A stretch of DNA of 64,000 nucleotides from Spirochaetia bacterium. Lineage in GTDB: Bacteria; Spirochaetota; Spirochaetia; UBA9216. The position numbers and the translations under genes were made by a program. Numbering within the stretch: position 1 is the first letter of the stretch; each line of letters starts with the position of its first letter. Below, piece by piece: positions 20,741-30,069 of this stretch. The stretch is taken from the NCBI GenBank assembly GCA_965140585.1, contig OZ223269.1, positions 1,243,981 through 1,307,980 on the forward strand. Reading direction: 5' to 3'. Below the pieces are notes generated by a model, which was not told the origin of the DNA, did no database searches, and saw only the letters and a program-made list of their open reading frames with translations.

Positions 20741-20898
20741 AACTTCTCCTTTACAAAATACAGGTTGTTTCAATGATAAGAGGAGAAAAAAATGCGGACA
20801 ATTTGTGATTTTATGTAATTCATGGCTGATAGTCCAATGATCACAAAATCAGCCATGAATATTACAGAAGCTTTAAAGTAAAATTAAACCTTAAGTTC

Positions 20899-20931
20899 GC
20901 AATTTCAAAACTTTTAAAGTTTAGAAATTGC
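20899..20931 (-). terminator. Near-perfect hairpin after the FNT gene
   Basis: GCAATTTC-A-AAACTTT-T-AAAGTTT-A-GAAATTGC; second inverted repeat TTCATGGCTGAT...ATCAGCCATGAA at 20819-20859. Confidence 0.55.
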
Positions 20932-20936
20932 CTCTT

Positions 20937-21788
20937 TTATTTATTTTTTTTCAGATAGGCAAACCAGTAAATGAAGGCTACAAAGAGTCCTCCTCCGATT
21001 ATATTTCCAATGGTAACGGGGATAAGATTTCCTGTTATGAATGTTCCCCAGTTAAGACCTGCAAGGCCTTCAGCAGTCATACCATGCGCAATTGCAGCTT
21101 CGGCAAGTTTTTCACTTCCTTTTGCCATTATGCCTGCGGGAATATAATACATGTTGGCAATACTGTGCTCAAATCCTGAAGTGATGAACAGCCATATAGG
21201 GAAGAAAATAGCAAAAATCTTTCCGGTTATATCCTTTGCACCCCATGCCATCCACACTGCAAGGCAGACCAGCCAGTTGCACATAATGCCGAGTACAAGA
21301 GCCTTTACAAATGACAAGTTTACTTTATAGGCGGCTATTTTAATAGTAACTGCACCAAGATCGCCGGCACTGCTGTCAAGAAGCCCTGAGAGATTCATAA
21401 ACCATGCAATAAGAACAGAACCTATAAAATTTCCTATATACACAAATAACCAGTTGCGAAGCATTCTTGAAATCTTCACCTGCTTCTGCATTACACCGGT
21501 AAGTATCAGAACATTTCCTGTAAAAAGTTCACCGCCGGCAATTATCACCAGCATCAGTCCAGTTCCGAATATAGCTCCGGCAATGGCCTTGCCTAACCCA
21601 TAAGTATTGTTATCAAGAAATAAATTAAATGCTGCCATGTTGGAACCTTCCGCGGCAAAAGCTATAAATGCTCCGGCAGCCAGCCCCAGGAACAGCATTT
21701 TTAAAATTGTCAAATCCGTTTTTTTCTTTCCGTATGAAACAGCTTCAGCGGCTATTTCTGCAGGTGACAGAAACCCTTTATCACTCAT
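20937..21788 (-). CDS. Formate/nitrite transporter (FocA/FdhC family)
   Basis: GGELFTGN, GNFIGS, LGIMCNWLVCLAVW, GFEHSIANMY, GNIIGG. Confidence 0.95.
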   Translation of the reverse strand: MSDKGFLSPAEIAAEAVSYGKKKTDLTILKMLFLGLAAGAFIAFAAEGSNMAAFNLFLDNNTYGLGKAIAGAIFGTGLMLVIIAGGELFTGNVLILTGVMQKQVKISRMLRNWLFVYIGNFIGSVLIAWFMNLSGLLDSSAGDLGAVTIKIAAYKVNLSFVKALVLGIMCNWLVCLAVWMAWGAKDITGKIFAIFFPIWLFITSGFEHSIANMYYIPAGIMAKGSEKLAEAAIAHGMTAEGLAGLNWGTFITGNLIPVTIGNIIGGGLFVAFIYWFAYLKKNK

Positions 21789-21975
21789 CTAATCAACTCC
21801 GGTAAATTTATATTGTGTGTATACATTTTAATCATAATTAAAAATTAACGCAAGTTATTCCAGTAACAGTTAATAGTTAATAATTCAGAGTTATCATTAT
21901 CATAGATTATTAGTATTACCAATATTCATACATATTGTTTACTATGAGAACCATGAGTTATTAGTCGGAGTAAAC

Positions 21976-22210
21976 ATGGAATTATCTCAATTACAGTATT
22001 TCTGCAAGGTTGCTGAACTGGAACATTTTACGAAGGCATCAGATGAACTTCATATTTCACAGCCGGCCTTAAGCAAGGCTATTCTGAATCTGGAAAATGA
22101 GCTGGGGATTCCCCTGTTTGAAAGAAAAAAGAGAAATGTTTACCTCACTGAATACCAAAAGCTCGGAGAAGTTTCTGGACAGGTTGATGGATTTCTTTGA
22201 ATTGAACTAG
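21976..22210 (+). pseudogene. LysR regulator with large internal deletion
   Basis: Intact HTH (FTKASDELHISQPALS...LENELGIPLFER...LTEY), then in another frame a LysR-like tail TKSSEKFLDRLMDFF. Confidence 0.8.
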
Positions 22211-22268
22211 TTTTGAGAGGCTTATATCTTTTTTATCAGAGAAAAAAATTGTTAAAAATAAAAAAAAC

Positions 22269-22320
22269 TTGACCCTGCCTCCTGTTGTAACTACTTTAGT
22301 TACAACAGGAGGCAGGGTCA
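22269..22320 (+). promoter_or_regulatory. Promoter and Rrf2 operator inside a perfect inverted repeat with 24-bp arms
   Basis: TTGACC-17-TACTTT; TGTAAC-N7-GTTACA core; arms 22270-22293 and 22297-22320. Confidence 0.85.
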
Positions 22321-22748
22321 TGAAAATCAGCAATCGTTTTGCTATCGGCATACATATTCTTCTCGTTATAGCTTATTTGAAGAATGATGAAAAGATAAGC
22401 TGTACATCCGAATATATTGCAGAAAGTGTCAACATCAACCCTGTAATTATACGGAAGGTGATCGCCAAGCTGAAAGCAGCCGGCCTTATCGTAGTAAAAA
22501 GCGGCAGCGGCGGGGCGTTTTTAACCGGAGAACCCGAGGATATCAGCCTTCTTGATGTGTATCGTGCGGTTGAGGTTGTGAAGGACGATGAGCTTTTTAA
22601 TCTTCATAACAAGCCAAATCCAAACTGCCCAATTGGTAAAAACATAAACCCTGTTCTGGATATCGTACTAACCAAAGCAAGCAAAGCTATGGAAGAGGTG
22701 CTTAAAAGTGTTTCTATTGAACAGGTCCTTGAAGATATTAGGACATGA
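22320..22748 (+). CDS. Rrf2-family regulator (YwnA/SifR-like, no Fe-S Cys triad)
   Basis: SNRFAIGIHIL, TSEYIAESVNINPVIIRK, GSGGA, HNKPNPNCPIG; SD AGGAGG. Confidence 0.92.
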   Translation: MKISNRFAIGIHILLVIAYLKNDEKISCTSEYIAESVNINPVIIRKVIAKLKAAGLIVVKSGSGGAFLTGEPEDISLLDVYRAVEVVKDDELFNLHNKPNPNCPIGKNINPVLDIVLTKASKAMEEVLKSVSIEQVLEDIRT

Positions 22749-22794
22749 TAATCAGATATGAACAGTTTGTTCAAAAAAAACTAAGGAGTTTTAC

Positions 22795-23646
22795 ATGAAA
22801 GTAGCTGTAACAGGATCAACAGGCCAACTTGGAAATCTTGTAATTGAAAAATTATTAGAAAGAACATCAGCTGAAAATATAATAGCTGTTGCGCGTAATA
22901 CGGAAAAGGCAAAGGGTTTAACAGAAAAGGGGGTTGAAGTGCGTCATGGAGATTATGATAATGCAGCTTCACTTGAAAAAGCTTTTAACGGTGTAGACAG
23001 GGTTCTTTTGATCTCTTCAAGTGAAGTCGGCAAAAGGGCTTCACAGCATAAAAATGTTATTGACGCAGCAAAAAAAGCAGGTGTTTCGCAGATTGTGTAC
23101 ACAAGCATCACCAAAGCCGACACAAGTACCAATCCGCTGGCTCCTGAGCATAAAGAGACGGAAAGTTACATTAAGTCATCCGGTCTGGCCTACACGATTG
23201 TTCGCAACAACTGGTACACCGAAAACTATGTCAGTTATATTGATGGAGCAAAGACATTCGGTCAGGTGGCTGCAGCAGCAAAAAACGGTAAGGTAGCAAG
23301 TGCCTCCCGGGAAGATTACGCGGAGGGGGCTGCAGCAGTGCTGCTTGGTGAAGGACATGCCGGAAAGACATATGAATTCGGCGGAGACCATGCATTTGAT
23401 TATAAAGAACTTGCTTCGACAATCGGCGATATCATTGGAAAAGAGGTTCCCTACGTTGAGGTCAGTGAAAAGGATGTAACAGAAATGCTGAAGAGCTCAG
23501 GAATGGATGAGGGCACAGCCGGTTTTTATGCAATGCTGGATACCAGTATTTCAGAAGGAACTCTTGAATACAGCAATGGTAATCTGACAAAAATCATAGG
23601 CCGTCCTACCACAACGCTTAAAGCTGTTCTTAGTGCGTACGCTTAG
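22795..23646 (+). CDS. qorB: NAD(P)H:quinone oxidoreductase QOR2/YtfG-like (atypical SDR)
   Basis: AVTGSTGQLG, LLISSSEVGKR, VYTS, LAPEHKETE, RNNWYTEN, REDYAE, IGRPTT. Confidence 0.85.
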   Translation: MKVAVTGSTGQLGNLVIEKLLERTSAENIIAVARNTEKAKGLTEKGVEVRHGDYDNAASLEKAFNGVDRVLLISSSEVGKRASQHKNVIDAAKKAGVSQIVYTSITKADTSTNPLAPEHKETESYIKSSGLAYTIVRNNWYTENYVSYIDGAKTFGQVAAAAKNGKVASASREDYAEGAAAVLLGEGHAGKTYEFGGDHAFDYKELASTIGDIIGKEVPYVEVSEKDVTEMLKSSGMDEGTAGFYAMLDTSISEGTLEYSNGNLTKIIGRPTTTLKAVLSAYA

Positions 23647-23672
23647 GACCTGATTAACCAAAATTTTTAGAT

Positions 23673-23706
23673 AAAAAAAGGATTCATCTTTTAAGATGAA
23701 TCCTTT
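23673..23706. terminator. Bidirectional terminator between qorB and tRNA-Gly
   Basis: AAAGGATTCATCTT-TT-AAGATGAATCCTTT. Confidence 0.85.
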
Positions 23707-23714
23707 AAAATCTA

Positions 23715-23786
<72 letters not shown>

Positions 23787-23892
23787 GTTGTAGGTAGATT
23801 TATAACAAAATCATAAATTCTTGTCAACCATATTTCTTGATTTCATGCGTGTATTTACTATAATTAAAATGATCTTCTTAGAGGGTTTAATT

Positions 23893-24063
23893 ATGGAAGA
23901 AAATGATGGACTTTCCTTTAAAAAAGAAGAGATTATTAAAAAGATCAACAGATTAGAATCAACGGCAAAATCAACACTGGATCCTTCAAGAATTGAAGAA
24001 ATACAGGATGAAATAAGAGCTCTTGAAACTGATTTAGCTAATGTCAGAAATAGATATGAATAA
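23893..24063 (+). CDS. Small coiled-coil hypothetical protein (56 aa)
   Basis: GAGG SD, ATG 23893; heptad pattern. Confidence 0.6.
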   Translation: MEENDGLSFKKEEIIKKINRLESTAKSTLDPSRIEEIQDEIRALETDLANVRNRYE

Positions 24064-24114
24064 AAAAAGGGGCCGACCAGGTTTTATGTTCCCTGCTCAA
24101 GCCCCTCTGCAATA

Positions 24115-24336
24115 CTAGGCAGACTTAAGGTTTCGATTCTCACCGAGTTTAATAAGATATCCTGTTCTTAAACAGGTCTCAAACAGCTCTCTGCTTAGAA
24201 AATCACGAACTTCTTTTCTGTAATTATCATTTTCATTGATGATCATGACGTCGTAACCGCCGTCTCTTTCGCCGAGGATGCTGAGATAATTTTTTATCTC
24301 GTCGCTGCTTTTTATTCTGTATTGAACCATGTTCAC
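24115..24336 (-). CDS. Small hypothetical protein
   Basis: AGGAGG SD before GTG; ELFETCLRTGYL motif. Confidence 0.7.
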   Translation of the reverse strand: MNMVQYRIKSSDEIKNYLSILGERDGGYDVMIINENDNYRKEVRDFLSRELFETCLRTGYLIKLGENRNLKSA

Positions 24337-24460
24337 AGCCTCCTGATCGTATTCTTATTAATAAATCGGTATTTTAAAATTTCACCTTAGGTTTTTCTAA
24401 AGATATTATGCAGTCCATGCAGGCACTTTACTGTATAAGGACTGTCTATTAGTATTACCC

Positions 24461-24757
24461 ATGGAGGCAGCAGTGACTGTTAAAGAACTACTAGAAGAAT
24501 ACGGCCTGGAAATTGATGATATACGTTGGTACTGCAGCGTCCTGCAGGCGAATCGGCTGATAAGCTTTGCTGATGATCAGGATGAACTTGTACGGCAAAT
24601 TTGGAGCGGCAGATTATCCGACGATCTGCACAACATGGAAGAAAAATTTCTCGAAGCACTCGAAGATCAGTGGGAACGGGATGTCACAGATGAAAGCGGA
24701 CTTAGGGAGATCATGGCAGATGCATATGCAATGAAAAACAAGCGGAGCTGGAAATAA
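24461..24757 (+). CDS. Hypothetical protein
   Basis: 98-aa ORF with TTTACT-17-TAGTAT-5-ATG; DDIRWY, IWSG motifs. Confidence 0.7.
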   Translation: MEAAVTVKELLEEYGLEIDDIRWYCSVLQANRLISFADDQDELVRQIWSGRLSDDLHNMEEKFLEALEDQWERDVTDESGLREIMADAYAMKNKRSWK

Positions 24758-24803
24758 TCTGATAAGGGGGCGTACATAAGAACCACCCCCTAATCTATTG
24801 TCT

Positions 24804-25859
24804 TTATTTCACTCTTTTACTGTAAAGAGAATAATCAGTACCGGTTGAATCGATAAATGTAAATGTCCCTATAGCATCAACATCCAATCTGGAAAAACCA
24901 CTAATCGTAGAATCTTCGATCCATCCGCTTCCATCCTCGTAGTTCTGTAAATCAAGTCTGTAGGACGAACCCGAAACTGCAGCCCCTGTTACAAACTGCG
25001 GCAGCTTAAAAGAAGTATACAATCCATCCCAGTTTGCTGTTCTACCAATAAAAAAACTGCCTCCGTCATCGAAAACAAGTGTCATCGTCATTGTGTTCTT
25101 CTCATTGTAGAAATCAGCGCTTTCAGCAGTGAGGTATGATACATCTTCTGCTACAATATATGTTTCAGATGTCAAATCCTGATTAACAGCCAGATAAAGC
25201 GGCAAATAGCTTATCCCGATAACCGGCGTACCTGCAGGAAAGTATGATGAGTTTTCCTGGTGCCACGAATCAACGAATCCGTTCCTGGTTGAATCCTGAC
25301 CATCCCAGTAATACGCCACCTGAAAAGTATCAACAAGAAGTGAAATATCAAGCGGAGTTTCACCTGTGAAGGTAGTCATTTCCTGTAGAAATGTCGTCTC
25401 GGACTGTTCACCGTCATCCCCCGGATAATAGAGGTAGGAAATCGATAAATAACCGTAATCTGAAGGTTCACTCCAGGTTGCGCCGGACAGAGATTTTATA
25501 CCGGATGCGGAAGTATAAATATGCACATTGTCTCCTGAAAAAAAAGTATGCCCTTTTATGCCTACACCGCCGCTGAGCCAGATGTTGATAGTATCAAACA
25601 TTAGTTCACTTACACCGAACTCAAGCCTTATTGTAGCTGAATCTGAAAAGACATCACTTAGATCTCCAGTAAGATCGACATCCTGATCAACTGAAATTGA
25701 TCCTATAGTGGCTGAATCTCCATATCCCTGTGCAAAACGAATTTCATCTATGTGAACCCTTATACCATCTACTTCCAGCATCTGAAATCCGGTTTCTCCA
25801 AAAACCATTGGAAGTGTTATGATTAGAAGTAATCCTAAAATGAACAGTAACTTTTTCAT
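24804..25859 (-). CDS. Secreted acidic beta-rich hypothetical protein
   Basis: Signal peptide MKKLLFILGLLLIITLPMVFG; SD AGGAG. Confidence 0.78.
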   Translation of the reverse strand: MKKLLFILGLLLIITLPMVFGETGFQMLEVDGIRVHIDEIRFAQGYGDSATIGSISVDQDVDLTGDLSDVFSDSATIRLEFGVSELMFDTINIWLSGGVGIKGHTFFSGDNVHIYTSASGIKSLSGATWSEPSDYGYLSISYLYYPGDDGEQSETTFLQEMTTFTGETPLDISLLVDTFQVAYYWDGQDSTRNGFVDSWHQENSSYFPAGTPVIGISYLPLYLAVNQDLTSETYIVAEDVSYLTAESADFYNEKNTMTMTLVFDDGGSFFIGRTANWDGLYTSFKLPQFVTGAAVSGSSYRLDLQNYEDGSGWIEDSTISGFSRLDVDAIGTFTFIDSTGTDYSLYSKRVK

Positions 25860-25868
25860 ATCCTGCTC

Positions 25869-25991
25869 CTAATCCAGCTTTTCAATTGTAAGTGTTGCTT
25901 CAACTGTTTTTCCAAACAGTGAACATGAATAAATCCCTGTGCTTATTACTATCAGCACAGCAATCAGAATGAAATAAATTAGCCGTTTCAT
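25869..25991 (-). CDS. 40-aa lipopeptide ORF (below ORF-track cutoff)
   Basis: GGAGG-6-ATG; MKRLIYFILIAVLIVISTGIYS-CSLFGKTVEATLTIEKLD. Confidence 0.6.
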   Translation of the reverse strand: MKRLIYFILIAVLIVISTGIYSCSLFGKTVEATLTIEKLD

Positions 25992-26158
25992 TGAGGCCTC
26001 CCGGTTTGACTAATTTCATATACTTATTGAATCAGTCAGGTATTATATAATCCTATGAACTCGGCAAACTGAAATCAATATTTTGAATAAATGTTTGTTT
26101 TGATAATACTGATCTGCTATAATTATATATTATCTAAATAATTATAAATGAGGTTCAT

Positions 26159-26980
26159 ATGGAAATACTGAACAGTAAAAAGCTTTTGCTCGTTGAAGAT
26201 GAGGCATTTATACAGCTCAGTACAATAAATGAACTTAAAAATTATGGATACAATGTCCAGGGTGTTTTTTCCGGAGAGGAGGCAATTGATTTCGTAAACC
26301 TCAAGGGTAATGATATAGATCTGGTTCTGATGGATATTAATCTGGGCCAGGGAATTGAAGGGACTGTCGCTGCTCAAAAGATACTTGAAATCCGACAGCT
26401 TCCGATTGTTTTTGTCTCATCTCACACAGATCCGGAAATCGTACAAAAAACTGAATCTATTACCAGTTATGGTTACATTGTAAAGAATTCCTGTTATAAA
26501 GTTTATGATGCATCCATCAAAATGGCTTTCAAACTTTTTAATGCGCATCTTGAGAATCTTAGAATTGAGAAAATCCTGAAATCATCCATTGAAACTCTTG
26601 ATGATTCGGTTTTTATATCAGACAGCACCGGTAATATAATTCAGTTTAATGATGCATTTGCAAAATTTCAAAAATTCGAAAACAAATCACAATGTATAGA
26701 TACACTTGAAAAGTATCCGGATTTTTTTGAAGTCTATACGGCAGATGGAGAGTTTGCCCCTCTTGAAAAATGGGCCCTAACTCAGGCTTTAAGAGGCATT
26801 TCAGGCAAGGATGTGAAATACTACATAAAACGGAAAGATACTAAAGAAGTCTGGATTGGTGATTACAGTTTTGAACCTATCAGAGATGATTCTGATGAAA
26901 TAATAGGGGCTGTTGTAGTCTGCAGGGAAACTACTCAAAATTATCCTGAAGATCAAATTCTGAAAAAACTGAGTAATTAA
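26159..26980 (+). CDS. Response regulator receiver plus PAS domain protein
   Basis: LLVEDE, DLVLMDINLG, PIVFVSS, GYIVK; then VFISDSTGNIIQFNDA...PIRD...IIGAVVV. Confidence 0.88.
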   Translation: MEILNSKKLLLVEDEAFIQLSTINELKNYGYNVQGVFSGEEAIDFVNLKGNDIDLVLMDINLGQGIEGTVAAQKILEIRQLPIVFVSSHTDPEIVQKTESITSYGYIVKNSCYKVYDASIKMAFKLFNAHLENLRIEKILKSSIETLDDSVFISDSTGNIIQFNDAFAKFQKFENKSQCIDTLEKYPDFFEVYTADGEFAPLEKWALTQALRGISGKDVKYYIKRKDTKEVWIGDYSFEPIRDDSDEIIGAVVVCRETTQNYPEDQILKKLSN

Positions 26981-27041
26981 ATAAAAGACAAAAAAACCGG
27001 AGCTGTAATGCCCCGGCTTATTATCTATTACGACATGGAAA

Positions 27042-28784
27042 TTATCCGCAGATTTTTTCAATATCCGCTTTTATCGCATCAATCTTTGTACCTGCAATTT
27101 TAATTGCATCTGATTTTGCAATGCCTTTCTCTGTACATACAGAGGCATAAAACTTAATCTTTGGTTCCGTGCCTGAGGGCCTTGCTGTAACTATCGTATC
27201 ATCTGCAAGGATGTACTGAAGAACATTCGAAACAGGAAGGTTAATTTTTCCTGATTCTTTACCTGCTCCATCATATTCAGTGCTGTTCTGATAATCCTTT
27301 ATGAGGGTGACAGAGGAATCTCCGATTTTTGACGGTGGATTTTCACGTAAACCAGTCATTATAGACTTTATTTTTTCAACTCCCTGCTGCCCCTTGTAGG
27401 TTTTAGAAACCATGGTTTCTTCAAAATATCCGTACTTGCTGTAGATATCATCAAGAAGATCAAGCAGACTCATCCCCTTCTCGCGGTAAACAAGGGCCAT
27501 TTCGGCGGTAAGAACGGCTGAAGAAACCGCGTCCTTATCCCTTACCTCCGTCTCTGTAAGGTAACCGTAGCTCTCTTCCCCGCCGAATACATAATTTTCG
27601 CCGGTTGATTCAAACTCCCTGAGTTTCTCACCTATGTACTTGAAGCCGGTCAGAACATTGTAGACCTTCGCTCCGTAGGCTGCAGCAATTCGAGCCTGAA
27701 GTTCAGTAGTTACAATGGTTTTTATAAGAACTGGATTCGACGGAACAGCGTCTTTTTCCTTAAGTCCGGAGAAGCGGTACTCGGACAGCAGCGAACCAAG
27801 CTGGTTGCCGGTGATAAGCTGCATTTTACCATCTTTTCCGGGAACTGCGATTCCCAGCCTGTCGGCATCCGGGTCTGTACCCAGAACAAGATCAGCACCT
27901 ATTTTTTCACCCAGTTCACATGCAAGCTTCATTGCCGATGCTTCTTCAGGGTTCGGATAATCCACTGTAGGAAAATTGCCGTCCGGCTCACGCTGTTCGG
28001 GAACGGTTACTACTTCAATGCCAATTTCACTCAGTGTACGTTCAACAAGCATGGTACCCGTTCCGTGAAGCGGTGTATAAACGACTTTCAGATCTTTTCC
28101 CTTCTCCTTTAGCAGTTCCGGATACAGGAAATATTTCTTTATCATTGAAATGAATTTATCATCAATCTCACTGTCTATATAAACCAGCAGTCCCTTTTCA
28201 AGTGCATCTTTTTCACTGATTGATTCAGGAACCTTTGAGACTTCCCTGACCTTCTTTATAATCGAAGAATCATGCGGAGGAACAATCTGACCCCCGTCCT
28301 CCCAGTAAACCTTGTAGCCGTTGTACTCCGGCGGGTTATGACTTGCTGTTACAACGATACCGGCGGTAGCGCCTAATTCTCTTACCGCGAAGGAAAGCTC
28401 AGGTGTAGGACGCAGTGAGCTGAAAAGGTAGACCTTGATTCCGTTTGTACAGAGAGTAAGCGCCGCTTCCTTTGCAAAGGTCTCTGAGAAATTTCTGGAA
28501 TCATAGGCTATTGCGACACTGCCGCTGCCGCCCTTCTGTTCGGTAATATAGTCGGCAAGCCCCTGGGTGGCTTTACGGACTGTGTAGGCATTCATCCGGT
28601 TATAACCGCCGCCGATTACTCCGCGAAGACCTCCGGTTCCGAAGCCGAGATCGGTGTAAAACCTGTCATTAAGTTCATTCTGGTCATTTTTTTCTATTAC
28701 TTTTTTAAGGTCCTCGAGGAAGTAGGGATGACGTTCGAGGGAAAGATATTCCTCTGCCTTAACTTTTAATTCATCAGGATTCAT
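27042..28784 (-). CDS. pgm: Phosphoglucomutase/phosphomannomutase
   Basis: FGTGGLRG, TASHNP, DPDADR, GEESYG, RPSGTEPKIK. Confidence 0.95.
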   Translation of the reverse strand: MNPDELKVKAEEYLSLERHPYFLEDLKKVIEKNDQNELNDRFYTDLGFGTGGLRGVIGGGYNRMNAYTVRKATQGLADYITEQKGGSGSVAIAYDSRNFSETFAKEAALTLCTNGIKVYLFSSLRPTPELSFAVRELGATAGIVVTASHNPPEYNGYKVYWEDGGQIVPPHDSSIIKKVREVSKVPESISEKDALEKGLLVYIDSEIDDKFISMIKKYFLYPELLKEKGKDLKVVYTPLHGTGTMLVERTLSEIGIEVVTVPEQREPDGNFPTVDYPNPEEASAMKLACELGEKIGADLVLGTDPDADRLGIAVPGKDGKMQLITGNQLGSLLSEYRFSGLKEKDAVPSNPVLIKTIVTTELQARIAAAYGAKVYNVLTGFKYIGEKLREFESTGENYVFGGEESYGYLTETEVRDKDAVSSAVLTAEMALVYREKGMSLLDLLDDIYSKYGYFEETMVSKTYKGQQGVEKIKSIMTGLRENPPSKIGDSSVTLIKDYQNSTEYDGAGKESGKINLPVSNVLQYILADDTIVTARPSGTEPKIKFYASVCTEKGIAKSDAIKIAGTKIDAIKADIEKICG

Positions 28785-28908
28785 AATTTAATCTCCTTAC
28801 TTATTCATTATAAAGAAGAGAACAGACAGCTTCAACAAGGTTTCAGTTCTGAAAATATTCTCTGCATATCACTTGATCATAACGCTTTTAAATATATCAT
28901 ATCAGGAC

Positions 28909-30069
28909 ATGGGTAAACTGAAAATTTTATTTATTGAACCTTTTTATGGCGGTTCGCACAAGGATTTTACTGACGGATATATAAACTGCAGCAGGCACGA
29001 TATTGAACTGGTAACTTTGCCTTCAAGATACTGGAAGTGGCGTATGCGGGGCGCGGCACTTCATTTTGCCCATACTGTAGAAAATCCGGTAGTGTATGAC
29101 CTGCTTCTCACCTCAGATATGATGAGCCTTTCGGATCTTAAGATGATGTGGGGAAACAGATGCCCGCCGGCTGCAGTTTATTTCCATGAGAATCAGCTTT
29201 CATATCCCCTTCCCGAAGGTGAAAAAATGGATTATCAGTTCGGATTCACCGATATTACAACAGCCCTTGCTGCTGATCGTTTGATATTCAATTCCCATTT
29301 TCACATGAACAGCTTTGTCGATGGCCTGACTCCTTTTATAAGAAAGATGCCGGAATATAAACCACTATGGGTCGTAGATCTGATTAAGCAGAAATCCCGG
29401 GTTGCCTACCCCGGCTGCAATTTTCCGGAAAATAAAGACTCATTGCAGTCGGAGTCAGCCGCTGCTGGAACCTTATCTCCCGACGAAAAAAAGATTCCTT
29501 CTATACTCTGGAACCACCGCTGGGAATTTGACAAATGCCCGGAGGTATTCTTTGCAGCCCTGAAAAAAGCCGATACCGCACTAAAACAACATGGATATGA
29601 GAATCCGTTTAACCTGATTATTCTTGGTGAGAACTTCCAGGCTCAGCCGAAGGCTTTTAATGAAGCGAAGGAATTCTACGGTGATCGGATTCTTCAGTTC
29701 GGATTTGCCGAATCAAAGGCTGAGTATTTTCGTCTAGTGAGCGAATCCGACATAGCTGTCAGTACATCAATTCAGGAAAACTTCGGAATCTCAGTGATTG
29801 AGGCAGTTAGATACGGATGTTTTCCGCTGCTACCAAAACGCCTGAGCTACCCCGAACTCATTCCGCAGAATCTGCACAAACAAGTGCTTTATAATAATGA
29901 TGCTGAACTAGCTGAAAAACTGATTAATCTTATTCCTGAATATCATTCCGGAGAAATCTCAGAAAAAACTGTAAAGCTGCTGAGTCAGTTGACAGAAACA
30001 GGGGCATCCTATGCCTGGACCAAAAGGGCGCCTGTTATTGATGACATTATAGAGGAAATAACCGTTTAA
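28909..30069 (+). CDS. DUF3524-GT4 glycosyltransferase (GTDC1/QTMAN-like)
   Basis: EPFYGGSH, WKWRMRG, YFHENQLSYP, FNS, WNHRWEFDK, ENFGISVIEA, LPKRLSYPE. Confidence 0.85.
   Translation: MGKLKILFIEPFYGGSHKDFTDGYINCSRHDIELVTLPSRYWKWRMRGAALHFAHTVENPVVYDLLLTSDMMSLSDLKMMWGNRCPPAAVYFHENQLSYPLPEGEKMDYQFGFTDITTALAADRLIFNSHFHMNSFVDGLTPFIRKMPEYKPLWVVDLIKQKSRVAYPGCNFPENKDSLQSESAAAGTLSPDEKKIPSILWNHRWEFDKCPEVFFAALKKADTALKQHGYENPFNLIILGENFQAQPKAFNEAKEFYGDRILQFGFAESKAEYFRLVSESDIAVSTSIQENFGISVIEAVRYGCFPLLPKRLSYPELIPQNLHKQVLYNNDAELAEKLINLIPEYHSGEISEKTVKLLSQLTETGASYAWTKRAPVIDDIIEEITV

Noticed and set aside
22145-22351. Mirror ORFs on both strands containing MTLPPVVT...VTTGGRV
   Set aside because: Artefact of the palindrome; the real Rrf2 start is 22320.
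22759-22773. TGAACA-GTT-TGTTCA palindrome between the Rrf2 gene and qorB
   Set aside because: Short, single occurrence, does not match the Rrf2 operator core; could be chance.
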